A stretch of DNA of 64,000 nt from a virus. The first letter of the stretch is position 1. Each line of letters starts with the position of its first letter. The DNA lies in IMG/VR virus record IMGVR_UViG_3300007960_010163, positions 1-64,000 of that record. One strand, written 5' to 3'. This document shows, piece by piece, positions 9,835-19,852 of this stretch. Position numbers and translations under genes: made by a program. The notes under the pieces were generated by a model. The model had not been told where the DNA came from, did no database searches, and was given only the letters and a program-made list of their open reading frames with translations.

Positions 9835-10185
9835 TTAGTATAGATGACGTTCGTTAATCAAATATTCGCCAGCAGTACCAGTAATAACAGGCCGTGCATA
9901 AGCAAAAGCCCAAGTGTCAGAATAAGCTATATGACCATCAGAGCCACTAAATGGAAGACAGGATATACTACTATAATTGACTCCATCGTTTGAAACTTCA
10001 ACCTTAAATTCAGCATTCCAAGTCGGTCCAGCACCTATAGGTAGAACTTGATAAGTATGAATTGTATAGTCTGCTACTTCAAGAGCATTACCAGTTAAGC
10101 TAAGATTACCACTGGTTTGTACAGTTTCGGTTCCAAAATTTACCCTATCGGCTTTGCCGCGAAGTCTTCTATAAGTTGGTTTCAT
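9835..10185 (-). CDS. Hypothetical beta-rich protein, probably virion-associated
   Basis: VEVSNDGVNY motif; adjacent to tail fibre. Confidence 0.6.
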   Translation of the reverse strand: MKPTYRRLRGKADRVNFGTETVQTSGNLSLTGNALEVADYTIHTYQVLPIGAGPTWNAEFKVEVSNDGVNYSSISCLPFSGSDGHIAYSDTWAFAYARPVITGTAGEYLINERHLY

Positions 10186-10245
10186 CCTAATAAGTATATA
10201 ATCATTAGATTATACACTTATTTTTAAGACCCGAACAGTTTTTTA

Positions 10246-11259
10246 TTAAAAGTCGTCGTCTAAAGACCCGCTTTGTTGATATTCACGAGGTCTTCTTTCA
10301 AAGAAATTACCCATCGCTTGAACGTCAACAACTTCTCCCAACCAAGGAAAAGGGTTTTTATTACTAGGGAATCTATAATCCAAGCCAATACCTTCTAATC
10401 GCCTATTTCCTATATAATACATATAGTCAATAAACATTTCAGCATTTAGGCCTAAAATACCAGTAGGAAGAACATCATGAGCATAAGCAATCTCAAGTTC
10501 TACTGCTTTTTTCATGTGCTCAACAAATTCATCTTGCATCTTTTTAGTCCAGATTTCTGGATTTTGCTCGATCAAAGTGTTAATAAGGTAGGTTCCAAAT
10601 GCAATGTGAGAACTTTCATCCCTTAAAGTATACTTAATTTGATCGGAAATTCCTTGGAGTTTGTTTTGGCGGCCAAGAGCAAGGAGCATAGCAAATCCGC
10701 TAAAAAAGAACGTGCCCTCACAAACAATCCAATAGGTCAAAAAGTTCCTAAGTATTTCTTGCTTTCCTGCTTTTGTATTTGGGTTAAAATCTGGCGCACT
10801 AATATCATTAGTGATTTCCATAAGAAAATCATCCTTAGCTTTAATACTAGGAATAGTTTCGTAAGCAGCAAATACTTCGTCAATATCTAAATCAAGACTA
10901 TCACAAACATAAACTATAGTGAGGTTGTGAAGACTTTCTTCAAACGCTTGACGTAAGATATACTGACGGCACTCAGCGTCGGTAATATAACGGAAGGCAG
11001 ATAAAAGAAGATTATTACCAACCAAAGACTCACTTCCAGCAAAAAATCCAAGACAGCGTTTAACAAGTAATTTTTCATCATCAGTTATTTGTCCGTTTTT
11101 CCATTGTTGGATGTCTTCTTGCATGCCTATTTCGGTAGGCATCCAATTATTCGCACAACTACTTAAGAATAAATCCCATGCAAATTTATGTTTGTGAGGT
11201 AAAATGCGATTAACGCCAGCAATATTCGATGTAAGTAATTCTCCAGTTTTATCTTTCAT
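10246..11259 (-). CDS. nrdB: Ribonucleotide reductase beta subunit, class Ic-like (no radical Tyr)
   Basis: NNWMPTEI, FFAGSESLVGNN, FEESLHNLTIVY, CEGTFFFSGF, RDESSH, NFFERR. Confidence 0.93.
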   Translation of the reverse strand: MKDKTGELLTSNIAGVNRILPHKHKFAWDLFLSSCANNWMPTEIGMQEDIQQWKNGQITDDEKLLVKRCLGFFAGSESLVGNNLLLSAFRYITDAECRQYILRQAFEESLHNLTIVYVCDSLDLDIDEVFAAYETIPSIKAKDDFLMEITNDISAPDFNPNTKAGKQEILRNFLTYWIVCEGTFFFSGFAMLLALGRQNKLQGISDQIKYTLRDESSHIAFGTYLINTLIEQNPEIWTKKMQDEFVEHMKKAVELEIAYAHDVLPTGILGLNAEMFIDYMYYIGNRRLEGIGLDYRFPSNKNPFPWLGEVVDVQAMGNFFERRPREYQQSGSLDDDF

Positions 11260-11310
11260 ATAATAGTATAACGATACTATCATAAAAATAGATCTAAGTC
11301 AATAAAAAAA

Positions 11311-11745
11311 TTATCGACGTTTGCTTGGAATGGCGTAGAAACCAACAACCATAAAGCAAAGATCCATGAATGAAGAAAGCATTAACCCCCCGGTTAATTG
11401 TACTATTTCCCAATCTTTACCGCCCAAAATCCAGCTAAAAAATCCCCAGCGGGCATTTTCTCCTTTAGGAACAATGATTTCATATGAAATATCGGGGTTA
11501 TGAGCATAAAAGATCATCAAGTAACACATCGTGAAAGTGATACTCATGAACAAAACGCGACGAGTAATTTTAACAAACGGATCGCTTGCTTGTTTAGCCT
11601 GATTATCAATCATAGCCTGAAGCATCGCATTATCTCGCGCAGCTAAAATCATTTGATCTTGGCGTTTTTGTTCAAGCCAAGAGTTTATAAGATTACAACC
11701 CAGCTTAATGCCAGCCCCAATAATAGTATTGAGGATAGGGCCCAT
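11311..11745 (-). CDS. Membrane protein (possibly holin-like)
   Basis: Amphipathic N-terminus, two hydrophobic segments, basic C-terminus. Confidence 0.55.
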   Translation of the reverse strand: MGPILNTIIGAGIKLGCNLINSWLEQKRQDQMILAARDNAMLQAMIDNQAKQASDPFVKITRRVLFMSITFTMCYLMIFYAHNPDISYEIIVPKGENARWGFFSWILGGKDWEIVQLTGGLMLSSFMDLCFMVVGFYAIPSKRR

Positions 11746-11750
11746 GATAA

Positions 11751-11942
11751 TCAGGGCAGTTTGTCGTAGTCAGCTTTACTGCAAAACTTGGTCAGCTTGG
11801 TTCCATCGTCATCAACTGCTTTCATAGCATAACGAATGGAGGTCTTGCCAGTTTTCGTGACACGTTCGTAAGAATGTTTTTCAACATTAGATTCATCAAT
11901 TTGAACCTTCTTCTTCTTTTTTACATTATAAAATTCGATCAT
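11751..11942 (-). CDS. Small basic protein, possible DNA-binding
   Basis: 63 aa, Lys-rich, EFYNVKKK..RYAMKAVDDDGTKLTKF; AGTGTA motif upstream. Confidence 0.7.
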   Translation of the reverse strand: MIEFYNVKKKKKVQIDESNVEKHSYERVTKTGKTSIRYAMKAVDDDGTKLTKFCSKADYDKLP

Positions 11943-11959
11943 AACAAAAATATATACAC

Positions 11960-12952
11960 TTAATAACCTTCGGATTCACCGCAATTTTGCATTTGATCAT
12001 AAATCCATGCATAGGTTTTTTCCAAACCGTCTTCAAGAGTAATCGAAGGAGCCCATCCAAGAACTTCTTTAATCATAGTATTGTCGCTATTACGACCACG
12101 CACACCTTGTGGGGCATCAAGATTGTAATTTCTTTTTAATTTAACACCGCCAATTCCTTCGACAATATCAACAAGCTGATTAATAGAAACCATACGATCA
12201 CTTCCAAGATTTAGCGGGCGAGTATCACCTTTTTGCCACATCAATTCCATGCCAGTAATACAATCATCAATGAACATAAACGAACGAGTTTGTTCGCCGT
12301 CACCCCAAATCTCAATCTCATGCTTACCACTCATCTTGGCCTCAATAACTTTACGGCAAATAGCTGCTGGAGCTTTTTCCCTTCCTCCGCGCCAAGTCCC
12401 AAAAGGCCCATAAACATTATGATAACGACAAGTACGGGAATCAATATCGAAATCTTTTCCGTAGTAGTAAGTGATGAGCTCGCTAAATAATTTTTCCCAA
12501 CCATATCCATCGTCTGGATTCGCTGGAAAAACATCAGATTCTTTTAAGGCTTGAGATGATTCGTCTTTAATTTCAGACTGAATTGCAGCTGGATAAACGC
12601 AAGCAGTAGAGCTGTAGAGAACTTCTTTCACCCCATTATCGCGAGCAGCCATCATCATATGCGTTTGAATCAAAACATTTTCCATGCAAAGAGCTTGGTT
12701 GTTTTCAACAAAGCCCATACCACCCATATTGCAAGCAAGATTATAAATGCGATCAACGCCAACAGTTAGATTATAACAATTATCTTTTTCCTGAAGATTG
12801 CAGTCGGCATGGTTTTCAGCGCCATCAAAAGTTTGATACCACATATCTGCCGGTTTAATATCGGCGGCCACAACTTCATGACCTTGCGCTAATAAATCTT
12901 TTACAAGATAGCCTGCGATAAAACCACCCGCTCCTCCTACTAATATTTTCAT
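11960..12952 (-). CDS. GDP-mannose 3,5-epimerase-like SDR
   Basis: GAGGFIA, LACNMGGMGF, SSTACVYP, YGWEK, GGREKAPAAICRK, GVRGRNSDN. Confidence 0.85.
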   Translation of the reverse strand: MKILVGGAGGFIAGYLVKDLLAQGHEVVAADIKPADMWYQTFDGAENHADCNLQEKDNCYNLTVGVDRIYNLACNMGGMGFVENNQALCMENVLIQTHMMMAARDNGVKEVLYSSTACVYPAAIQSEIKDESSQALKESDVFPANPDDGYGWEKLFSELITYYYGKDFDIDSRTCRYHNVYGPFGTWRGGREKAPAAICRKVIEAKMSGKHEIEIWGDGEQTRSFMFIDDCITGMELMWQKGDTRPLNLGSDRMVSINQLVDIVEGIGGVKLKRNYNLDAPQGVRGRNSDNTMIKEVLGWAPSITLEDGLEKTYAWIYDQMQNCGESEGY

Positions 12953-13782
12953 AATTCTTTTTTAATTTTTTTTATCCAATGATTAAAATCTAAAGTTTTG
13001 TAATATGGTTGTATTTTTTTTGACAATATATTATATTGTTCATTTAGGAAATTTTCAGTAATTTTTTGATAATCTTTTTGATGTTCAAGAAAGAGAATAG
13101 GTAATTCTGAATGGTCAAATTGATCATACATGGAATGCTTGATTACAATAGGTATAGCACCAGAATAAAGAGTATCATAAAATCTAAAAGAATCTGGAGC
13201 GCTACCCCTAGGGCAAATCACAAACTTACTAGATTGAAGACGCAAGAAAAAATCATTATTAGACATAGTCCAGCTTCTCTTGGATCCTTTTCTTCTTTCT
13301 CCAATATTCTCTTTCTTAATGAAAGGCTTGTCTTGGACAAATGACTTAATAGCTTTTCTAGTCCAATGGGTATTTAAAGAAAAATTACAATAAGCAAGTA
13401 TGTCTCGTTTTAAATCTTTAGAGTCAATACGAAATGATTCTCTAGCTCTGAAGTCTCTACCCATAGGTAGAAACTTTATGATTTCGTGTTCAAAATCAAT
13501 ATTGTTACAATATATTGACTTGACATTTTTAGGGATAAACATATCAGGCGGCAAAGCTTGATCTGTCTTTCCGCAAATGATAGAATAACTATAAGGTTTT
13601 TTAGAAATTAAATCCAAATACTCTGGAAGATATTTGTTTGGATTAGTGGTAAACCTATGGTTTCCGATAAAAAGAATAGAATCGCTCTCAGGGATATCCG
13701 AAGCTTTATTTACTGTAACGACACCATGTTTGTCGAAAAATTTCCTGTTAAAAATTAACAGTATATCCTCCATTTTTTTCAT
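12949..13782 (-). CDS. Exostosin (GT47)-like glycosyltransferase
   Basis: SKFVICPRGSAPDSFRFYDTLYSGAIPIV. Confidence 0.75.
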   Translation of the reverse strand: MKKMEDILLIFNRKFFDKHGVVTVNKASDIPESDSILFIGNHRFTTNPNKYLPEYLDLISKKPYSYSIICGKTDQALPPDMFIPKNVKSIYCNNIDFEHEIIKFLPMGRDFRARESFRIDSKDLKRDILAYCNFSLNTHWTRKAIKSFVQDKPFIKKENIGERRKGSKRSWTMSNNDFFLRLQSSKFVICPRGSAPDSFRFYDTLYSGAIPIVIKHSMYDQFDHSELPILFLEHQKDYQKITENFLNEQYNILSKKIQPYYKTLDFNHWIKKIKKEL

Positions 13783-13786
13783 GGAG

Positions 13787-14350
13787 TTATTGTTTTTCTA
13801 TAATATACTGAGCGTCCTGAGAGCGAAAATCTTTTATTGAAGAAAGGTTCTTATCAACAAACTCATCAACTGCGGGAACCACACCGAAGTCTAACACTTT
13901 TACCTGATATTCATTATTTTGGTATGCGTTACCGCAGATAAAACCACCAGATTTTAATTTAGGCCACCAGTTCTCAAGGTCAGATTTAACAAATTCATAA
14001 GAATGATTTGCATCAATATAGATCAAGTCAAAATGCCCATCTTCGAAGTCCTGAACAGCATCAGTTGAAAACTTTTCAGATATTTCAACCACAGGGTTGC
14101 CGGAAAACCTGCTAACGACAGAAGATTTTATAGAATCCATGTCTGATTGAGGCACCGAATGCCAACGATCAGGAATATCGCTAATGCTTTTCCATGGATC
14201 AATCAAATGAAGTTTTGCAGGACTCTTTTTTAGCATTTCATTAGCGAAATCTCCTCTGTAGACTCCGATTTCTGCGCAAACATTTCCTTCAGAAATTAAA
14301 TTGATAACCTGTTGGCGGCCAAATCCAAAATAAAATTGATAAGTTTCCAT
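13787..14350 (-). CDS. Class I SAM-dependent methyltransferase (Methyltransf_24-like)
   Basis: AEIGVYRG, LIDPW, DLIYIDANHSYEFVKSDL..LKSGGFICG. Confidence 0.85.
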   Translation of the reverse strand: METYQFYFGFGRQQVINLISEGNVCAEIGVYRGDFANEMLKKSPAKLHLIDPWKSISDIPDRWHSVPQSDMDSIKSSVVSRFSGNPVVEISEKFSTDAVQDFEDGHFDLIYIDANHSYEFVKSDLENWWPKLKSGGFICGNAYQNNEYQVKVLDFGVVPAVDEFVDKNLSSIKDFRSQDAQYIIEKQ

Positions 14351-14352
14351 GA

Positions 14353-14943
14353 TTAAAATTCGTAATTATATTCTTCTATGTCTTCCTTGTATATATTATA
14401 CACGATATTCTTTGTTTCTTCTATATATAATTGTCTATAGTCCTGCTGCTTTGTCGAATTTATTTTAGGTATTACCTTTAGGGGAATATTTAAGCGTGAT
14501 CTTATGCTCATGTAATCGTGATTAATGTCTTCTACTTTTCCAACGAAATCAACTCGAGCATCTAAAAAATAGGAAAAGGGCTGAAAGTGAATGCCAGAAC
14601 GAACTGAACCCTCTTCGCGGATCATCATATTCTGAAATTCAGGGATTCTTCTAACGAATTCGTCAAAAGAAATTTGTTTAGCTAAATCGGCAAGCTTTTG
14701 ATTTCCTTTATACCATCTATCTTTAGGGTTCATAGATTTGAAGTAACGATAACAAGAAGCTATACGATCCCACGGGTTACGAACAAAAGAAAAAGAAAAA
14801 TACCCCTGATCTAAAAACTCAGAATGCTTTGATGCTGGAGCATGCCCCGAACCTAAAAAATCTAAATTAAGACTTTTGTAAACTGAGGTTCCAGCACATT
14901 TAGGTATGTGAATAAAGACACATTTTAAATCATGAGATATCAT
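14353..14943 (-). CDS. Sulfotransferase (Sulfotransfer_2 family)
   Basis: FIHIPKCAGTS (5'-PSB) and FVRNPWDRIAS (3'-PB). Confidence 0.85.
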   Translation of the reverse strand: MISHDLKCVFIHIPKCAGTSVYKSLNLDFLGSGHAPASKHSEFLDQGYFSFSFVRNPWDRIASCYRYFKSMNPKDRWYKGNQKLADLAKQISFDEFVRRIPEFQNMMIREEGSVRSGIHFQPFSYFLDARVDFVGKVEDINHDYMSIRSRLNIPLKVIPKINSTKQQDYRQLYIEETKNIVYNIYKEDIEEYNYEF

Positions 14944-15722
14944 AGCCTTGTTAATTTCCTCCAGTCAACCTTGCCTGTTGTCGAATTCTTATATATTAAG
15001 CTTCCGAAATTTTTATCAGCCTCTTCTAATCTAGTTGCGCCACTATATGTAAAAAAATCTTGTTTGTATGCAACCCCATTTAACTTTTCAAAAACTGGGG
15101 AGTCCATTAATAATAAATCTAAATGATCGCTCCACGGAACTACGGACAGGATAGCTTCAATAGCTTCGATATGAAATATCTGAGCCCAGTTACCCCAAGA
15201 AGGAATAAGATTGTAGAAATTATCTTTAATGTGATATTTTTCTGAAAATTGAATGTCTGGAGAAAACTCGACAATCCCATTTTTCAACCTTTCTTTACCA
15301 GAACCAACCAAAAACTTTACGAAAAAACTATTTAAACTTTCCGCTTCTTTAATTATGAAAGAAATTTTATCCTCAATATTCTCCTCTAATAATTCGGTGT
15401 CATCCTCCAATATCAAAAACCATTTGGGAAACTCAGGATTAAAAGAATAATTTAATTGTATTTTTTTGAATAAAATTAACCAAGATAAATTGCAGCCTAA
15501 TTTTCCCGGCAACCATTTCCATTTGTCTAGATATTCTTTTGTATGAAATCCAAACTTCCTGTCCATTGAGTCAAGATAATCATAATTGTCGATTGCATTT
15601 GCGGCCTCAAATAATTCCAATCCATTGAGTTTAGATTTTGTATCATTAAAATTTGAAAGACGACGCTCATCTTTTGTGAATGTTATCATGTAAGATTTAA
15701 AGTTCATTATTTCCAGTTCCAT
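14940..15722 (-). CDS. GT25-like glycosyltransferase
   Basis: ERRL..FEAANA, GKLGCNLSW, LILEDD. Confidence 0.7.
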   Translation of the reverse strand: MELEIMNFKSYMITFTKDERRLSNFNDTKSKLNGLELFEAANAIDNYDYLDSMDRKFGFHTKEYLDKWKWLPGKLGCNLSWLILFKKIQLNYSFNPEFPKWFLILEDDTELLEENIEDKISFIIKEAESLNSFFVKFLVGSGKERLKNGIVEFSPDIQFSEKYHIKDNFYNLIPSWGNWAQIFHIEAIEAILSVVPWSDHLDLLLMDSPVFEKLNGVAYKQDFFTYSGATRLEEADKNFGSLIYKNSTTGKVDWRKLTRL

Positions 15723-16465
15723 GGTTTAGATTTACATAAATACGAATCATAATTTGCCCAGCTTGGCCAACGCAGGCAGGAAACCCTGTAGCTTGCAAGC
15801 TTCATTATTTCTTGCTCTATCAAAAAAACTTTATAGTTATCTTTTATTGTATTAAGGCCAAAGTCTTTAGCAAAGAAGAAATCAAAATTATTATTTTTGA
15901 TAAGTGGTTTAAAGAAATCGAACTGCTTTTCATCAGTCATGATATAAACTTTTTTGCAGTTAAATTTTTTTACATTTTTTAATATATTTGAAGGTTTTGT
16001 GCATTCTTTAGTTTGATTTAACCTATCGGACCTGCGGACATGCACACATGTATAATCTTTGAGTGATTCATATACTTTCTCAGAAATTTTTTTTAACGAG
16101 GGGTGTATAGGAATTTCTACAGAAATATCAGTAAGTTTAGAAAAAAGAGAATGGTTCTGCAGTAAGTCATTATCTTTTTTCTCTGGGATATAACTTAAAG
16201 ATAATAAATTACTTGAGGGCGGTTGATCGCAAAGCAAGTACTTTTTGCCTTCGACTTTTATATCATTAAAATTAAAATAATCAGATAAATTTGAGCAAAT
16301 TTCATTGCCGTGATTGTGCTTGCCAGATAATTTAAACAAAGGTGGAATTAAGTAAAAGTCATTATGATATGCATATTTAATTAGTTGCATTAAATTGCTT
16401 AATTGATGATTCAGTCCAGCAGCTCGAAGTTGAGATAAATCTACACTAATTTTTTTCTTTTTCAT
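15707..16465 (-). CDS. O-fucosyltransferase-like GT-B protein
   Basis: GLNHQLSNL, CVHVRRSDR, VYIMTDE, LIEQEIM. Confidence 0.65.
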   Translation of the reverse strand: MKKKKISVDLSQLRAAGLNHQLSNLMQLIKYAYHNDFYLIPPLFKLSGKHNHGNEICSNLSDYFNFNDIKVEGKKYLLCDQPPSSNLLSLSYIPEKKDNDLLQNHSLFSKLTDISVEIPIHPSLKKISEKVYESLKDYTCVHVRRSDRLNQTKECTKPSNILKNVKKFNCKKVYIMTDEKQFDFFKPLIKNNNFDFFFAKDFGLNTIKDNYKVFLIEQEIMKLASYRVSCLRWPSWANYDSYLCKSKPWNWK

Positions 16466-17861
16466 GAAGATTATATAAGTGTTGAAGCTTATTGCCGAGT
16501 TCAGAAGATTTAGCATAGTCACTCTCGTATTCATTAAGTTGGATATAGCCTTCTGTAGTCATTTCTTTAATATGCTCTTTATAAGCATTCGTGCCGTAAA
16601 AATTAATCAATTCATCAGGGTCTACTTTTTGGTCAAAAAGCCAAGGGTCATCATCTATGGAAACAACTAATTTTAATGAATTTTTAATAATAGCAATCCA
16701 GTTCCAGTTTCTACTGTAAACTATGCGATCTCTCTCTATGGTTTTATCCGAACACAAAATATCACTACTAAAACTTGAACCATGAAATGATTGTTTTTGA
16801 TAATGCACTCCACACAAATCAAGAATGGTTGGGGCGAAATCTGGCATTGAGTGTGGTGTGTTTACCACTTTGCTTGATATTTTATTGGGATAATAAATAA
16901 TCATGGGAACTCTAATGGAGCAATCATAAGGCAGTGATTTGTTGATAAATCTATGCTCGTAAAGCAAATCTCCATGATCCGAAGTAAAAACCAAAATTGT
17001 ATTATCAAGTAAATTAATATTTTTGAGGCAAGAAATTATTTTGCCTACGTTATCATCAATACACTTAACCATTCCAAAATATTTTTTGATGGATTCTGGG
17101 AGCCATTTATTAGCGCGTTCGCCATTTTTTACCCATAAAGGCTGATCCATAGGTTTGTTTACTGATTTCTTCATTGTACGAGGTAGATCAAAAACAAGAT
17201 CATTAAACATTGAATTATAAGGCTCTCGAACTACATTTGGATCATGAGGATCAGGAATACATAAAGTCAATAAAAATGGTTTTGTTTTATTAGATTTTAT
17301 AATTTCTATGGCTTTATTTGAGAGCCAATCTGTCGTGTAATTTTCATCATTTGCTAAATCAAGATCCCAATCAGAAGTGCTGATGTTATCACCAGTTTCT
17401 TTAATAATTTTAAAATGACCTCGATTATACATATAGCGATTATGGTCGAAGCCGAAATTAGGAGAGGTTCCCCAGTCAGGCGAGTTCATTCCATTTAAGT
17501 GCCATTTCCCTACATAATTTGTTGAATACCCAGCATTTTTGAAAAAATGAGCAAAGGTTTTTTTGTTACTTTTTAAATGTTGCGACTGCCATTCAGTCCC
17601 AGCATTGATTACATTATCATAATGGCGACCAGTAAAAAATGTAGCACGGGAAGGTTGGCATATGGGAAATGGAGTTATGAAATTATTAAAAAGACATCCA
17701 TTTTTAGCAAGAAAATCAATATTGGGGGTATCGACTTTGACATCTTTACCGAACTGAAACGCTTGATCTTCTGTCATTAAGTCTCGATAACAACCTAAAG
17801 TTCTTAGATTATGTTCGTCGGTATGAATAATTATTACATTTGGTTTTTGGCTCATGATCAT
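16446..17861 (-). CDS. Formylglycine-dependent (S1) sulfatase, no signal peptide
   Basis: KPNVIIIHTDE, TPNID, CQPSRATFFTGR (CxPxR), GKWHL, PHDP, FTSDHGD, RVPMI. Confidence 0.92.
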   Translation of the reverse strand: MIMSQKPNVIIIHTDEHNLRTLGCYRDLMTEDQAFQFGKDVKVDTPNIDFLAKNGCLFNNFITPFPICQPSRATFFTGRHYDNVINAGTEWQSQHLKSNKKTFAHFFKNAGYSTNYVGKWHLNGMNSPDWGTSPNFGFDHNRYMYNRGHFKIIKETGDNISTSDWDLDLANDENYTTDWLSNKAIEIIKSNKTKPFLLTLCIPDPHDPNVVREPYNSMFNDLVFDLPRTMKKSVNKPMDQPLWVKNGERANKWLPESIKKYFGMVKCIDDNVGKIISCLKNINLLDNTILVFTSDHGDLLYEHRFINKSLPYDCSIRVPMIIYYPNKISSKVVNTPHSMPDFAPTILDLCGVHYQKQSFHGSSFSSDILCSDKTIERDRIVYSRNWNWIAIIKNSLKLVVSIDDDPWLFDQKVDPDELINFYGTNAYKEHIKEMTTEGYIQLNEYESDYAKSSELGNKLQHLYNLHEKEKN

Positions 17862-18655
17862 AAAGAATCTATATATTTCAATAAATCAAAGCCATTATTT
17901 CTTTGAATCTTGTGTTGATTTAAATTAAGAACACGGCAAATTGTATCAAAAAAAGGATAAAACCCTGCTCCGATTTTTTTATCCGAAAGCGTTTGTGCAT
18001 CGACTTCAATAACTAAAGTATCGGGTTGACAAAAAAATAAATTAGCCATGCAAGCTCCATGAGCACATATAATAATTTTCGCATAATGAAAATGCATGAT
18101 TTGATCTTTAAAATCCATATTTTCCAGAATAACAGAGCCAAATTTATCTTTATATTTTTTACTTAGCATCTTTTCCGCCCTGTCTATACCTTTAATTTCA
18201 CGACGCTCTTTACCATTTGTTAAATTGTTATTTTGTTTTTTTAAATATGGATCAGAGATTAGATCTACTCTTTCTCCTCTTTTTATTAAAAGCACCTCTG
18301 GATAAGAAGCATCAGGGGATTTGTCAATACCTAAGGACTGAAAAATAAAATGAGCAAATTTGCTAAAGTCTTGAGTGTTTTCGTGAGAAGGCAATCTTTC
18401 AATGACTTTTTCTTCGCATTCAATTTTGTCAAATGCTGTTTGATCTACTTCTATGTTTCTGCAATTGAATATTTCTTCATATATTTTTTCAAAATTACCT
18501 AATGTCTGATCTAAATTTTTTATTCTAAAAACATGGTCATGCTCAGGTATACCAGAGAGAACTTCAGGAAAAACACAATCACACATAAAATGTGCGAAAT
18601 GAAATAAATTGCCGCCTTTTCTTTTGTTTTTAACTTTTATCAAACTCATAATCAA
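17858..18655 (-). CDS. GT61 (DUF563)-like glycosyltransferase
   Basis: NLFHF, LENMDFKDQI, CAHGACMANLFF..VIEV. Confidence 0.8.
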   Translation of the reverse strand: MIMSLIKVKNKRKGGNLFHFAHFMCDCVFPEVLSGIPEHDHVFRIKNLDQTLGNFEKIYEEIFNCRNIEVDQTAFDKIECEEKVIERLPSHENTQDFSKFAHFIFQSLGIDKSPDASYPEVLLIKRGERVDLISDPYLKKQNNNLTNGKERREIKGIDRAEKMLSKKYKDKFGSVILENMDFKDQIMHFHYAKIIICAHGACMANLFFCQPDTLVIEVDAQTLSDKKIGAGFYPFFDTICRVLNLNQHKIQRNNGFDLLKYIDSL

Positions 18656-19202
18656 ATAGCCTTATGTCTTTTGAGAATTTTTCTGCAACCATATTTACAC
18701 TACGATCATTATAGAAATAAGAATAATGAATGCCTTTAGGTTTTGGGGATACTTTTTCTCTATCTGGACCGGTTGTTATAGGTTTAGAGTTTTCGTGAGG
18801 AAGCTTAGTTTTAGCCTTGCCTATTTTTTGACATACAAAATCGAAGTCTTGCTGTAAGTTTTCAAACTTACCTATAAAATCAATGTCAAGATCGAAATAA
18901 TCACTGTGAATACAGCTATGGGCAGTAAGCCGCTCTTTTTGCTCATACCATCTTGAAATATATTCATTAAAATCTTTTGTATAACACTGACCATTATAAA
19001 AATATTGTGAAACCATCTTGTCCCAAGGGTTTCTTGTGAATGAAAAAGTAAAATAATCATCCCATTTGCCTTTTGTTATCGATTTAATATCAGAAGCTGG
19101 AACATGAAATTGTTTTTTTCTCATGTTCAAAGCGGAGCAAACAGAGACACCTCCTGTTTTAACCACATGAATAAAAATACATTTATATTGATGATTAATC
19201 AT
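18630..19202 (-). CDS. Sulfotransferase (Sulfotransfer_2 family)
   Basis: FIHVVKTGGVS, FTRNPWDKMVS, FIGKFENLQQDF. Confidence 0.82.
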   Translation of the reverse strand: MINHQYKCIFIHVVKTGGVSVCSALNMRKKQFHVPASDIKSITKGKWDDYFTFSFTRNPWDKMVSQYFYNGQCYTKDFNEYISRWYEQKERLTAHSCIHSDYFDLDIDFIGKFENLQQDFDFVCQKIGKAKTKLPHENSKPITTGPDREKVSPKPKGIHYSYFYNDRSVNMVAEKFSKDIRLFDYEFDKS

Positions 19203-19852
19203 TTGTTGATATCTAATCTTAATACCACCTTGTCTGGCCAAGGATTAATTTCTTTTGGGACGATTCCGCATTTTTTCAAAAATTTTGCAACAGCTAAATC
19301 TTCATATATATGATGATACCTAATTTCAGAAACTTGGTGAAAATTTTTAAATTTTTTAACAGCTTCAGAGCTTAAGAAATAAGTGGCTCCTCCAGCAGCC
19401 CAATGAACATAATCACCATTATATCTTTTATTGTACCAAGGAGAATCTTCTCTTACTCTACCAATATGCCAGCCCCTCTTGCCTTCTTTAGTTTTTACTT
19501 GAAAGCCTGCGTAATCATAATCTGCGAGCGATTCAATTAACTGATTTTCTCTACTAGGATTCCATCTGACCCAATCAATATCGTCATCTATTTTCCAAAA
19601 ATAATCATAATTTTTATGATAATCATTGTTAGCTAAGTAATTATAAATTGCAAACATCTTCTCTGGCAGGTCTTCATATAGATCGCGACATTTTAATTGT
19701 ATAACATTTTCTTCCAGTTCCTTTTCCTCTTCTCCACCAGTAAAGATCAAATAGTCACCAAGATTCCATTTTTCAACTCGAGCTTTAATTTCCTTAACTC
19801 GATGAATATACTTTTGACAGCATACAAAAACTTTAAGTATTCCACTTTTCAT
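19199..19852 (-). CDS. GT31 (galactosyltransferase/Fringe)-like glycosyltransferase
   Basis: YEDLPEK, WKIDDD, AGGATYFLS, YEDLAV. Confidence 0.75.
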   Translation of the reverse strand: MKSGILKVFVCCQKYIHRVKEIKARVEKWNLGDYLIFTGGEEEKELEENVIQLKCRDLYEDLPEKMFAIYNYLANNDYHKNYDYFWKIDDDIDWVRWNPSRENQLIESLADYDYAGFQVKTKEGKRGWHIGRVREDSPWYNKRYNGDYVHWAAGGATYFLSSEAVKKFKNFHQVSEIRYHHIYEDLAVAKFLKKCGIVPKEINPWPDKVVLRLDINK

